A stretch of 64,000 bases of DNA from Marinicella sp. (GTDB taxonomy: Bacteria; Pseudomonadota; Gammaproteobacteria; Xanthomonadales; Marinicellaceae): positions 2,912,001-2,976,000 of the forward strand of contig OZ246001.1 in the NCBI GenBank assembly GCA_965230295.1, read 5' to 3'. Position numbers and translations under genes: made by a program. This document shows positions 10,431 to 21,300 of this stretch, piece after piece (the stretch's first letter is position 1; the number at the start of each line of letters is the position of its first letter). Below the pieces are notes generated by a model. The model did no database searches, was not told the DNA's origin, and saw nothing but the letters and a program-made list of their open reading frames with translations.

Positions 10431-11066
10431 ATGGATATAGGGGATATCAGGAATGAGTATACAAAGCATGGATTGAGCCGTGCCGAATTACAAGATGATC
10501 CTTTTGAACAGTTCAACCTGTGGTTCGAACAAGCCAGACAGGCTGAAATTAAAGAAGTGAATGCGATGAGCATAGCCACAGTCAGATCAGATGGCATGCC
10601 GCAAGTCAGAACCGTGTTGTTGAAACTGTTTGATGCCAATGGTTTTGTGTTTTTTACCAATTACAACAGCGCCAAAGCCGTGGAAATTCAACACAACCCA
10701 AAAGCATCGGTTTTATTTCCTTGGTTGGACCTTGAACGACAAGTCAGAATCAGCGGGCGGGTTGAGAAGATTTCTAAAATGGAATCCTTCAAATATTTCA
10801 CATCAAGGCCCAGGGGGTCGCAATTGGGAGCCTGGATCTCTGAACAAAGTCAAGTTATCTCCAACAGAACAGTTTTAAAGACTTTGATGAGCCAGATCAA
10901 AGAAAAATTCAAAGAAGGTGAAGTGCCTTTACCTGATGCTTGGGGAGGGTATCGAATCATTCCTGAATCTTTCGAATTTTGGCAAGGGCGTGCCAATAGA
11001 CTACATGACAGATTTAAATACACCCGATCTGAAACAGGGTGGCACATCAACCGATTGGCTCCCTGA
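10431..11066 (+). CDS. pdxH: Pyridoxamine 5'-phosphate oxidase
   Basis: Motifs RTVLLK, FFTNYNS, RQVRI, SRPRGSQLGAW and EFWQGRANRLHDR. Confidence 0.97.
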   Translation: MDIGDIRNEYTKHGLSRAELQDDPFEQFNLWFEQARQAEIKEVNAMSIATVRSDGMPQVRTVLLKLFDANGFVFFTNYNSAKAVEIQHNPKASVLFPWLDLERQVRISGRVEKISKMESFKYFTSRPRGSQLGAWISEQSQVISNRTVLKTLMSQIKEKFKEGEVPLPDAWGGYRIIPESFEFWQGRANRLHDRFKYTRSETGWHINRLAP

Positions 11067-11257
11067 TAGTTAATAGGATTGATTTTCGGATTGATTTTTT
11101 CCAATAGATTGATTGATCCATTTGGTTAAATTTAATATCAATCAATCAATTTATTCAGCCATATTCTCGAATATTCAACTGTTTATTCCTCAAGATTTGA
11201 TCAAAAATATTTACCTCACTGAATTCTAAATTCAATTAATTTTTATAGGGATTAACT

Positions 11258-12274
11258 ATGAGATTATTTATTTTCTGGGTGTGGGTAACTGTCATGTCTT
11301 TTTTGGTTGCAAAACCACATATTGCGTCAGCCAATAATGATGAATTCAATGACATGATTGTGGCCACTGAAAAAATTGATTTTTACAGTAATTATTGGAT
11401 TAATTTACATCATTATTTATTCAGGCTAGCTAAAAACAGCAGTCGCCAGACATCCTATTTATCTGAACTGCCATTGTTTAAGAACCTGAATGAACATGAG
11501 AGCAAAACACTCACAGAGGCAATTGACTACTATCAAACCCATTTGATTGGTAAGGATTTGCTGTTTAATCAGGACATGTTCAATATTAAGTTGGCTTTGA
11601 GTCAAAAACAAGCCAACCAATCTTTAAATTCGATTGTTAGTGATCAAGACTTGGTTGATCAATTGTCAGCTGCATCGCCAATCTATCAAAGTTATGTTTG
11701 GCCTCGGCATGATCAACAGAACCGAAATACTGTGAATAAATACATTGATTTAATAAAATCGAATGAAGTGGCATTTCTGCAAAAGTTGGAAGATCTTTCA
11801 GGTCAGTCCTGGCCCACAAATAGAATCCGCATTGATATGACATACTATGCTAACTGGGCTGAGGCATACACCACCATCAAACCAAAAATTCACGCAGTGA
11901 TCAGTTCGCTACACTACCAAGACAATCATGATTTTATTGAATTGTTGTGGCATGAATCCAGCCATGGAATTATTGCGCCGCAAGAATTTAACATGGCAAA
12001 AGAAATTAAGTACATTGCTGATCAATTAAAAGTTCAAGTTCCGAATCAATTGTGGCATGGAATTTTATTCTATCTTGCAGGTGCCACAACGAAAGAAATC
12101 TTACGCGATGAGGGCATCAAGTATGAGTTAATTATGGTGCGGAAGAACATCTTTAGCAGCCAAATTCCTTATTTGGTCAAGTACATGCAACCTTATGTTG
12201 ATGGACAAATATCTTTGCATGATGCCATAAAAGGGATTTTGATGGCCTATCAAACAGATACAAAGGATGGATAG
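11258..12274 (+). CDS. Hypothetical secreted protein with an HExxH motif (possible zincin)
   Basis: 338 aa with a signal peptide and 'LWHESSHG'. The gene and its upstream region are AT-rich. Confidence 0.6.
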   Translation: MRLFIFWVWVTVMSFLVAKPHIASANNDEFNDMIVATEKIDFYSNYWINLHHYLFRLAKNSSRQTSYLSELPLFKNLNEHESKTLTEAIDYYQTHLIGKDLLFNQDMFNIKLALSQKQANQSLNSIVSDQDLVDQLSAASPIYQSYVWPRHDQQNRNTVNKYIDLIKSNEVAFLQKLEDLSGQSWPTNRIRIDMTYYANWAEAYTTIKPKIHAVISSLHYQDNHDFIELLWHESSHGIIAPQEFNMAKEIKYIADQLKVQVPNQLWHGILFYLAGATTKEILRDEGIKYELIMVRKNIFSSQIPYLVKYMQPYVDGQISLHDAIKGILMAYQTDTKDG

Positions 12275-12306
12275 GAACGTCTTTGAGTTGAGGATGCATG
12301 TAGATT

Positions 12307-12345
12307 AAAAAAGGCCGGTTTGTACGTCGTCAACCCGGCCTTTTT
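12307..12345. terminator. Bidirectional terminator between convergent genes
   Basis: aaaaaggccgg...ccggccttttt. Confidence 0.7.
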
Positions 12346-12393
12346 CTAACGCCATTCTTAATTTCTATAAGCGTTTGAAGTTGTGATTTATCA

Positions 12394-15300
12394 TCAGTTC
12401 AAAAATGACTCCAATTGTCTGGTGGTGGAACCGATGGTTCCAGGTAAATCACATTCAAACGTATCCTTGAATACGAACTGGTAAATCAAATCGCTGTCTT
12501 CAGCAACATTGTTTAACAGGTTAACATCAGTGGTACCTGCTGGCATATCAACTGAACTTTGTACATCAATAAAATCAAACAGCGAACCAGTGACCGTTGA
12601 GTCAAACAAATAGACTAATTGAGAACCAACTGGCAAGTTAACCAACTCATTGACCACATCTCCAGTGCCTGCGTTATCGTCACAAGAAGCCCCTCCAGTT
12701 TCCATGCATATCCAATCAGGTGTACTGATGTTTGGACTTAAAGTTGCATTAATCAAAGCACCGTTGATGTCGATGTTACCTGAGTTATTGATGGTTAATT
12801 CATACAACAACTGTTCATTTTGATCCACACCTTTAACACAGTTGGTGAAGAATATGGTTAAATCAGGACGGTAAGCAACGGTTGCAGTGGCAGGCCCTGA
12901 TACATTATTCGCTGTGTCAGTTTGTGTGGCTGTTGCCGTTTCACCATCTACGGGTTCTGGGCTTAAGTCACAAGTCCAATTTCCACTGCCATCAACCAAA
13001 GCTGAACAACTGGCACCGGAAGTGGTGCTGACATTAACAGTGGCGCCAATTTCACCTGTACCAGAGACGGTTAAGCCATTACTCGGGTCGTTGATGGTTG
13101 GCGGATTGGGAACCGTATCATCAAATGTGAAGCTGGCAGGCGTGGTGTTGGTGTTGCCAGCAACGTCTTGTATGGTGGCAACCTCATCCCCATCAACACC
13201 ATTCTGTCCAGCAGTGGCGTTACAAATCACTACATTGCCAGATTCAAGTCCACAACTGTAGCCAGGTATGGTCAAAGTGGCATCCGTTTCAACACCTGTA
13301 CAAGTGGCTGTTACGGGTGTGCCATTTCCGGCAGGATCAGGTGTGACAGTACAAACTGGTGCAGCTGGTGGCGTGGTATCTATGCCACCAACTTCTGTGG
13401 TTGGAGGCGAGGTGTTGCCCGCTGGATCTGTTTGGTCAGCCGTGATGTCTTCGCCATCTACTGGAGGACCAACCAAGGTGCACGACCAGGTGCCATCAGG
13501 TTGAACCAATGCCATACAGGTGGATCCTGATGGGGTGGTGACAGTTACGGTTGCTCCAGGTTCACCTGTCCCGGTCACAGGTGCGCCATTGGTTGGAACA
13601 TTGATGACTGGAGCCAGAGGCGGTAATGTATCAACTTCGATAGTTACAGTACTGGCCGGTGATGTATTGCCCACCTCATCTGTGGCTGTGGCAGTCAACT
13701 GATTGGACCCATCTTGTAAGGCTGGGCTGATTTGACATGACCAATCTCCATTGACATCGGCTTGTACTGTACAGCTTTCACCCAAAGGTCCGGTCACATC
13801 CACTGTAGAAAATGGCTCAGCAGTACCAACTACCACTGGATCATTGATGTTAGTGATGGCCCCATCCAGAGGGGCAGTGATGACTGGTGCAGCCGGTGCT
13901 TGTGCATCTACAGTGACCTCAGTAGGCAAGGATGAGTTGCCGTTGTCATCGGTGACAAACACACTGAGCACATCGTTGTGTGCAGGTGCTGGGATCACTG
14001 GTGAACAAGAGAAGTTACCTGCTGCATCAGCTGTGGTGGTACACAGGACATTGCCCTGATTATCCAACACCGTGATGTCGCCATTGGGGATGGTGGTACC
14101 CGTAACAGGATCACCATCGGTTGGGTTCACTTGAGGTGCAGGAGGTGCTGTGACATTCGGATCAAACACCGTGGTGGTTACCGGCGGTGATGCCAACAAG
14201 CCAGATTGAGTGGCCGTTGCACTGATCACATTGCCAGTGGCCGGTACTGGTGATGGTGAGTCACACACCCAGTTACCTGAAGCATCGACCGTTACAGGTG
14301 CGTTGCTACAAGTGATGCCAGCCAAATCAATGGTTGAATCAGGTACCGCAGAACCGGTGATTTCAGTGGCACCATCGGCCACAGGATCAATGGTTGGGCT
14401 GACTGATTGGGTCGCTGAATCGGCCACTGTGGTGCTGGTTGGGCCAGACTCGTTACCCGCGGCATCGGTGGCCGTTGCCGTGATCAGGGTGCCCGGAACC
14501 AAAGGTGCAGAGGTGGTCACATCACAAGACCACACCCCGTTCACATCAGCAAACACAGGGGCGTTGTCACACACGATGCCACTCAAAGTGATCAGAGCAC
14601 CAGGTTCTGCCAAACCAGTGACTGGGTTGGTGTTTTCATCAACCGGATCAATGGTCGGTGCGGTTGGTGCGGTGGTATCCAACACCAATTCACCGGATGT
14701 GGCATCTGGAGGAGAGGTGTTGCCGGCCGCATCAGTGGCTGTGACTGTGACATCATTGACACCGTTCAGATCCAGGTTCAAAGTACCTGAGTCTGGAGTG
14801 GCAGAAGCCAGATCCAACGACCAGTTGCCTGAACCGTCGGCAGTGGTGGTGTAAGTCGCACCACCAACCACGATGGTCACGGTGCTATCAGCTTCGGCTG
14901 TACCGTTAAGCACTGGAGTCGGGTTGTTGGTGGTTTGTGAAACAACCGTTGGCGCAGCCGGTGCTTGTGCATCTACAGTGACCTCAGTAGGCAAGGATGA
15001 GTTGCCGTTGTCATCGGTGACAAACACACTGAGCACATCGTTGTGTGCAGGTGCTGGGATCACTGGTGAACAAGAGAAGTTACCTGCTGCATCAGCTGTG
15101 GTGGTACACAGGACATTGCCCTGATTATCCAACACCGTGATGTCGCCATTGGGGATGGTGGTACCCGTAACAGGATCACCATCGGTTGGGTTCACTTGAG
15201 GTGCAGGAGGTGCTGTGACATTCGGATCAAACACCGTGGTGGTTACCGGCGGTGATGCCAACAAGCCAGATTGAGTGGCCGTTGCACTGATCACATTGCC

Positions 15301-18300
15301 AGTGGCCGGTACTGGTGATGGTGAGTCACACACCCAGTTACCTGAAGCATCGGCCGTTACAGGTGCGTTGCTACAAGTGATGCCAGCCAAATCAATGGTT
15401 GAATCAGGTACCGCAGAACCGGTGATTTCAGTGGCACCATCGGCCACAGGATCAATGGTTGGGCTGACTGATTGGGTCGCTGAATCGGCCACTGTGGTGC
15501 TGGTTGGGCCAGACTCGTTACCCGCGGCATCGGTGGCCGTTGCCGTGATCAGGGTGCCCGGAACCAAAGGTGCAGAGGTGGTCACATCACAAGACCACAC
15601 CCCGTTCACATCAGCAAACACAGGGGCGTTGTCACACACGATGCCACTCAAAGTGATCAGAGCACCAGGTTCTGCCAAACCAGTGACTGGGTTGGTGTTT
15701 TCATCAACCGGATCAATGGTCGGTGCGGTTGGTGCGGTGGTATCCAACACCAATTCACCGGATGTGGCATCTGGAGGAGAGGTGTTGCCGGCCGCATCAG
15801 TGGCTGTGACTGTGACATCATTGACACCGTTCAGATCCAGGTTCAAAGTACCTGAGTCTGGAGTGGCAGAAGCCAGATCCAACGACCAGTTGCCTGAACC
15901 GTCGGCAGTGGTGGTGTAAGTCGCACCACCAACCACGATGGTCACGGTGCTATCAGCTTCGGCTGTACCGTTAAGCACTGGAGTCGGGTTGTTGGTGGTT
16001 TGTGAAACAACCGTTGGCGCAGCCGGTGCTTGTGCATCTACAGTGACCTCAGTAGGCAAGGATGAGTTGCCGTTGTCATCGGTGACAAACACACTGAGCA
16101 CATCGTTGTGTGCAGGTGCTGGGATCACTGGTGAACAAGAGAAGTTACCTGCTGCATCAGCTGTGGTGGCACACAGGACATTGCCCTGATTATCCAACAC
16201 CGTGATGTCGCCATTGGGGATGGTGGTACCCGTAACAGGATCACCATCGGTTGGGTTCACTTGAGGTGCAGGAGGTGCTGTGACATTCGGATCAAACACC
16301 GTGGTGGTTACCGGCGGTGATGCCAACAAGCCAGATTGAGTGGCCGTTGCACTGATCACATTGCCAGTGGCCGGTACTGGTGATGGTGAGTCACACACCC
16401 AGTTACCTGAAGCATCGGCCGTTACAGGTGCGTTGCTACAAGTGATGCCAGCCAAATCAATGGTTGAATCAGGTACCGCAGAACCGGTGATTTCAGTGGC
16501 ACCATCGGCCACAGGATCAATGGTTGGGCTGACTGATTGGGTCGCTGAATCGGCCACTGTGGTGCTGGTTGGGCCAGACTCGTTACCCGCGGCATCGGTG
16601 GCCGTTGCCGTGATCAGGGTGCCCGGAACCAAAGGTGCAGAGGTGGTCACATCACAAGACCACACCCCGTTCACATCAGCAAACACAGGGGCGTTGTCAC
16701 ACACGATGCCACTCAAAGTGATCAGAGCACCAGGTTCTGCCAAACCAGTGACTGGGTTGGTGTTTTCATCAACCGGATCAATGGTCGGTGCGGTTGGTGC
16801 GGTGGTATCCAACACCAATTCACCGGATGTGGCATCTGGAGGAGAGGTGTTGCCGGCCGCATCAGTGGCTGTGACTGTGACATCATTGACACCGTTCAGA
16901 TCCAGGTTCAAAGTACCTGAGTCTGGAGTGGCAGAAGCCAGATCCAACGACCAGTTGCCTGAACCGTCGGCAGTGGTGGTGTAAGTCGCACCACCAACCA
17001 CGATGGTCACGGTGCTATCAGCTTCGGCTGTACCGTTAAGCACTGGAGTCGGGTTGTTGGTGGTTTGTGAAACAACCGTTGGTGCAGCCGGTGCGCTCAA
17101 ATCAATGCCACCTGCAACTGTGGTTGGAGGAGACGTATTGCCTGCTGCATCTTCTTGGGTTGCAGTGATGTCTTCACCGTCCACAGGTGTTGGAGACAAG
17201 GTACAAGACCAAGTGCCATCCAGTTGAACTGTTGCTGTACAAGTGGCGCCCGATGGTGTGGTTACCGTAACGGTGGCACCTGGTTCGCCAGTACCGGTTA
17301 CCGGTGCACCTGTAGTAGGTGCATTGATCACCGGAGCTGGAGGTGCATCATTATCCAAAGTGAAGTTGGCAGGCGTGGTTGCTGTGTTACCAGCCGCATC
17401 AGTTGCGGTGGCCGTTTCATCACCGTCAACACCAGCTGTGCCGACAGTACCGGTACAAGACCAGTTACCAGAACCATTGTCGGTACAGGCATAGCCTGGA
17501 ATGGTTAATGTAGCACCGGCTTCAACGCCAGTACAGTTGGCTGTAACGGCTGTGCCGTTGTTGGCAGGATCTGGAGTTACGGTACAGGTTCCGATGGTGG
17601 GCGGGGTGTTATCTAAAGTAAATGTAGCAGGAGTGGTGGCAGTATTGCCAGCAGCATCTGTGGCCGTGGCGGTTTCATCACCGTCAACACCAGCCGTACC
17701 CACGGTACCGGTACAAGACCAGTTGCCTGAGCCGTTATCGGTACAGGCATAGCCTGGGATGGTTAATGTAGAACCGGCTTCAACACCCGTACAGTTGGCT
17801 GTAACGGCTGTGCCGTTGTTGGCAGGATCTGGAGTAACCGTACAAGTGCCAATCGAAGGAGGCGTATTATCCAGTGTGAAATTAGCTGGAGTGGTGGCTG
17901 TGTTGCCAGCGGCATCGGTAGCTGTGGCGGTTTCATCACCGTCAACACCAGCTGTGCCGACAGTACCGGTACAAGACCAGTTACCAGAACCATTGTCGGT
18001 ACAGGCATAGCCTGGAATGGTTAATGTAGCACCGGCTTCAACGCCAGTACAGTTGGCTGTAACGGCTGTGCCGTTGTTGGCAGGATCTGGAGTTACGGTA
18101 CAGGTTCCGATGGTGGGCGGGGTGTTATCTAAAGTAAATGTAGCAGGAGTGGTGGCAGTATTGCCAGCAGTATCTGTGGCCGTGGCCGTTTCATCACCGT
18201 CAACACCAGCTGTGCCCACGGTACCGGTACAAGACCAGTTGCCTGAGCCATTGTCGGTACAGGCATAGCCTGGAATGGTTAATGTAGCACCGGCTTCAAC

Positions 18301-21300
18301 GCCAGTACAGTTGGCTGTAACGGCTGTGCCGTTGTTGGCAGGATCTGGAGTAACCGTACAAGTTCCGATCGCTGGTGGCGTATTATCCAGTGTGAAATTA
18401 GCAGGAGTGGTGGCAGTATTGCCAGCAGTATCTGTGGCCGTGGCCGTTTCATCACCGTCAACACCAGCCGTACCCACGGTACCGGTACAAGACCAGTTGC
18501 CTGAGCCGTTATCGGTACAGGCATAGCCTGGAATGGTTAAGGTAGCACCGGCTTCCACACCGGTACAGTTGGCTGTAACAGCGGTGCCGTTGTTGGCAGG
18601 ATCTGGAGTTACGGTACAGGTTCCGATGGTGGGTGGGGTGTTGTCTAAGGTAAAGGTAGCAGGCGTTGTTGCTGTGTTGCCCGCGGCATCAGTTGCGGTG
18701 GCCGTTTCATCACCGTCAACACCAGCCGTACCCACGGTACCGGTACAAGACCAGTTGCCTGAGCCATTGTCGGTACAGGCATAGCCTGGGATGGTTAAGG
18801 TAGCACCACCTTCCACACCCGTACAGTTGGCCGTAACGGCAGTGCCATTATTGGCTGGGTCTGGAGTAACCGTACACGTACCAATCGAAGGCGGCGTGTT
18901 GTCCAATGTGAAATTAGCTGGAGTCGTTGCTGTGTTACCAGCCGCATCAGTTGCGGTGGCCGTTTCATCGCCATCAACACCAGCCGTACCCACGGTACCG
19001 GTACAAGACCAGTTGCCTGAGCCATTGTCGGTACAGGCATAGCCTGGAATGGTTAAGGTAGCACCCGCTTCAACACCCGTACAGTTGGCTGTAACAGCGG
19101 TGCCATTGTTGGCTGGATCTGGAGTTACGGTACACGTTCCAATCGCAGGAGGCGTATTATCCAGTGTGAAATTAGCAGGCGTTGTTGCTGTGTTGCCCGC
19201 GGCATCAGTTGCGGTGGCCGTTTCATCACCGTCAACACCAGCTGTGCCCACGGTACCGGTACAAGACCAGTTGCCTGAGCCGTTATCGGTACAGGCATAG
19301 CCTGGAATGGTTAAGGTAGCACCGGCTTCAACGCCAGTACAGTTGGCTGTAACGGCTGTGCCGTTGTTGGCAGGATCTGGAGTAACCGTACAAGTTCCGA
19401 TCGCAGGAGGCGTATTATCCAGTGTGAAATTAGCAGGCGTTGTTGCTGTGTTGCCCGCGGCATCAGTTGCGGTGGCCGTTTCATCGCCATCAACACCAGC
19501 CGTACCCACGGTACCGGTACAAGACCAGTTGCCTGAGCCATTGTCGGTACAGGCATAGCCTGGAATGGTTAAGGTAGCACCACCTTCCACACCCGTACAG
19601 TTGGCCGTAACGGCAGTGCCATTATTGGCTGGGTCTGGAGTAACCGTACACGTACCAATCGAAGGCGGCGTGTTGTCCAATGTGAAATTAGCTGGAGTCG
19701 TTGCTGTGTTACCAGCCGCATCAGTTGCGGTGGCCGTTTCATCGCCATCAACACCAGCCGTACCCACGGTACCGGTACAAGACCAGTTGCCTGAGCCATT
19801 GTCGGTACAGGCATAGCCTGGAATGGTTAAGGTAGCACCCGCTTCAACACCCGTACAGTTGGCTGTAACAGCGGTGCCATTGTTGGCTGGATCTGGAGTT
19901 ACGGTACAGGTTCCGATGGTGGGAGGTGTGATGTCATTAAGGGTTACCGTTGCCGTGTCTTGAAAGGTGAAATCAGTGGTGGGCAATTGGGTTGAGTTTG
20001 AGTTGATGGTGACAATATTGTCGATATCACCTGTGGGTGCTGCCGCATCAATTTGGGCTTGAAATCTCACCACAACTTGTTCACCTGGGGCAATTTCGCC
20101 ACCGTTGCTGTTATCAGCATTCAAACCGACTCGGAACACCACTTGATCGTTGCCGCTGTCATATTCAGCTGCATCATCACCAACTGTGTCAGTCAAACTA
20201 CCGGTTGGGCCGGCATCGGCGCTGACGATTTCCAATGAGTTTGGCACATAGGTCATGTTGGCAGGAATGGGGTCTGTAACAACGGTGTTGATGGCATCGT
20301 CGGAACCGTCATTGGTGAAACTGATGTCATAGGTGATCACATCGTTTCTGCCAATATCGCCGCCATTGTCATCGGTGGCGGTCTTTGTCAAAGATGAACT
20401 GAAGTCCGGTACATTGAGGTCGGTAACAAATGTTAAATAGTTCGGGTAATAGGAATCACCATTGGTCTGAAACTCAATGTTGGCTTCTATCTCTGAGTTG
20501 CCCCAAATGGCCAATGGAATGTCATGGAAATCTACGTCCATACCCAGTTGATTGACGTAGTTGGGCGTTTTGTTGGTGATTTGAGCGCCACTTTTGGTGA
20601 TCGAGCTGTTCCAAAAGTTATCAACTGGATTGATGCCAGTGGTGAACAAGTCAGTGCCTTCAAAACGGAATCGATCCCCTGAAATGTTTTGATCACCTTC
20701 CCAAACCAAGGCCCCGACAGATGCTGTGACGTCTCCTGATGCCGGTGTGAGCAATCCACCAATGGTCACTGCGACAGGCGTGGTACCCGTGACCCGTGCG
20801 GCCCCATCGTACAAAGCCAAGCGCCGGAATGGTAGTGTACTGTCTTCATAAACAACCACAATAGACCAGCCGCCATAAAATCCCAGCCCATCGGCACCGT
20901 TGTTGGCAGATAAACCACCAACGAAGTAAACACCTGAACCATTGGTTTGAACCATGGTGGTGATGTCTGCCCAGACTTGATAAGGTCTGTTGCCAGCAGA
21001 GCCTTGAGTTGAAAAATCATCTAAGTTGCCCGCGCCTACATTGATGCTGCTGTAACTACCGGCAAGTGGAGGCTTGATATTGATGGTACGTCGAGCGTTG
21101 GAACCACCACCACTGTCAGCAAATCGTCCACCCCAGTATAAACCGGCGTACAAGACATTACTGCCGGCTGGCAGCGTGAGGGTGGCGCTGGAGGAATTGG
21201 TAAAACCGCCAGGCACGTCTTCGTTGACATAGCGGGTTTGGATGTTGTTGTTGCCGTTAACGGTACCGCTTTGTCTATCGGCACAATCGGTTGTCGTTGC

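Noticed and set aside
12887-19816. Many periodic + strand ORFs (83 aa and 214 aa) that look like a gene array
   Set aside because: They are antisense shadows of the repeats in the giant minus-strand adhesin gene and have no independent RBS or coding signal.
17356-19935. Regular repeats considered as a CRISPR-like array
   Set aside because: The units are 258-bp in-frame coding repeats with no unique spacers, and there are no cas genes.
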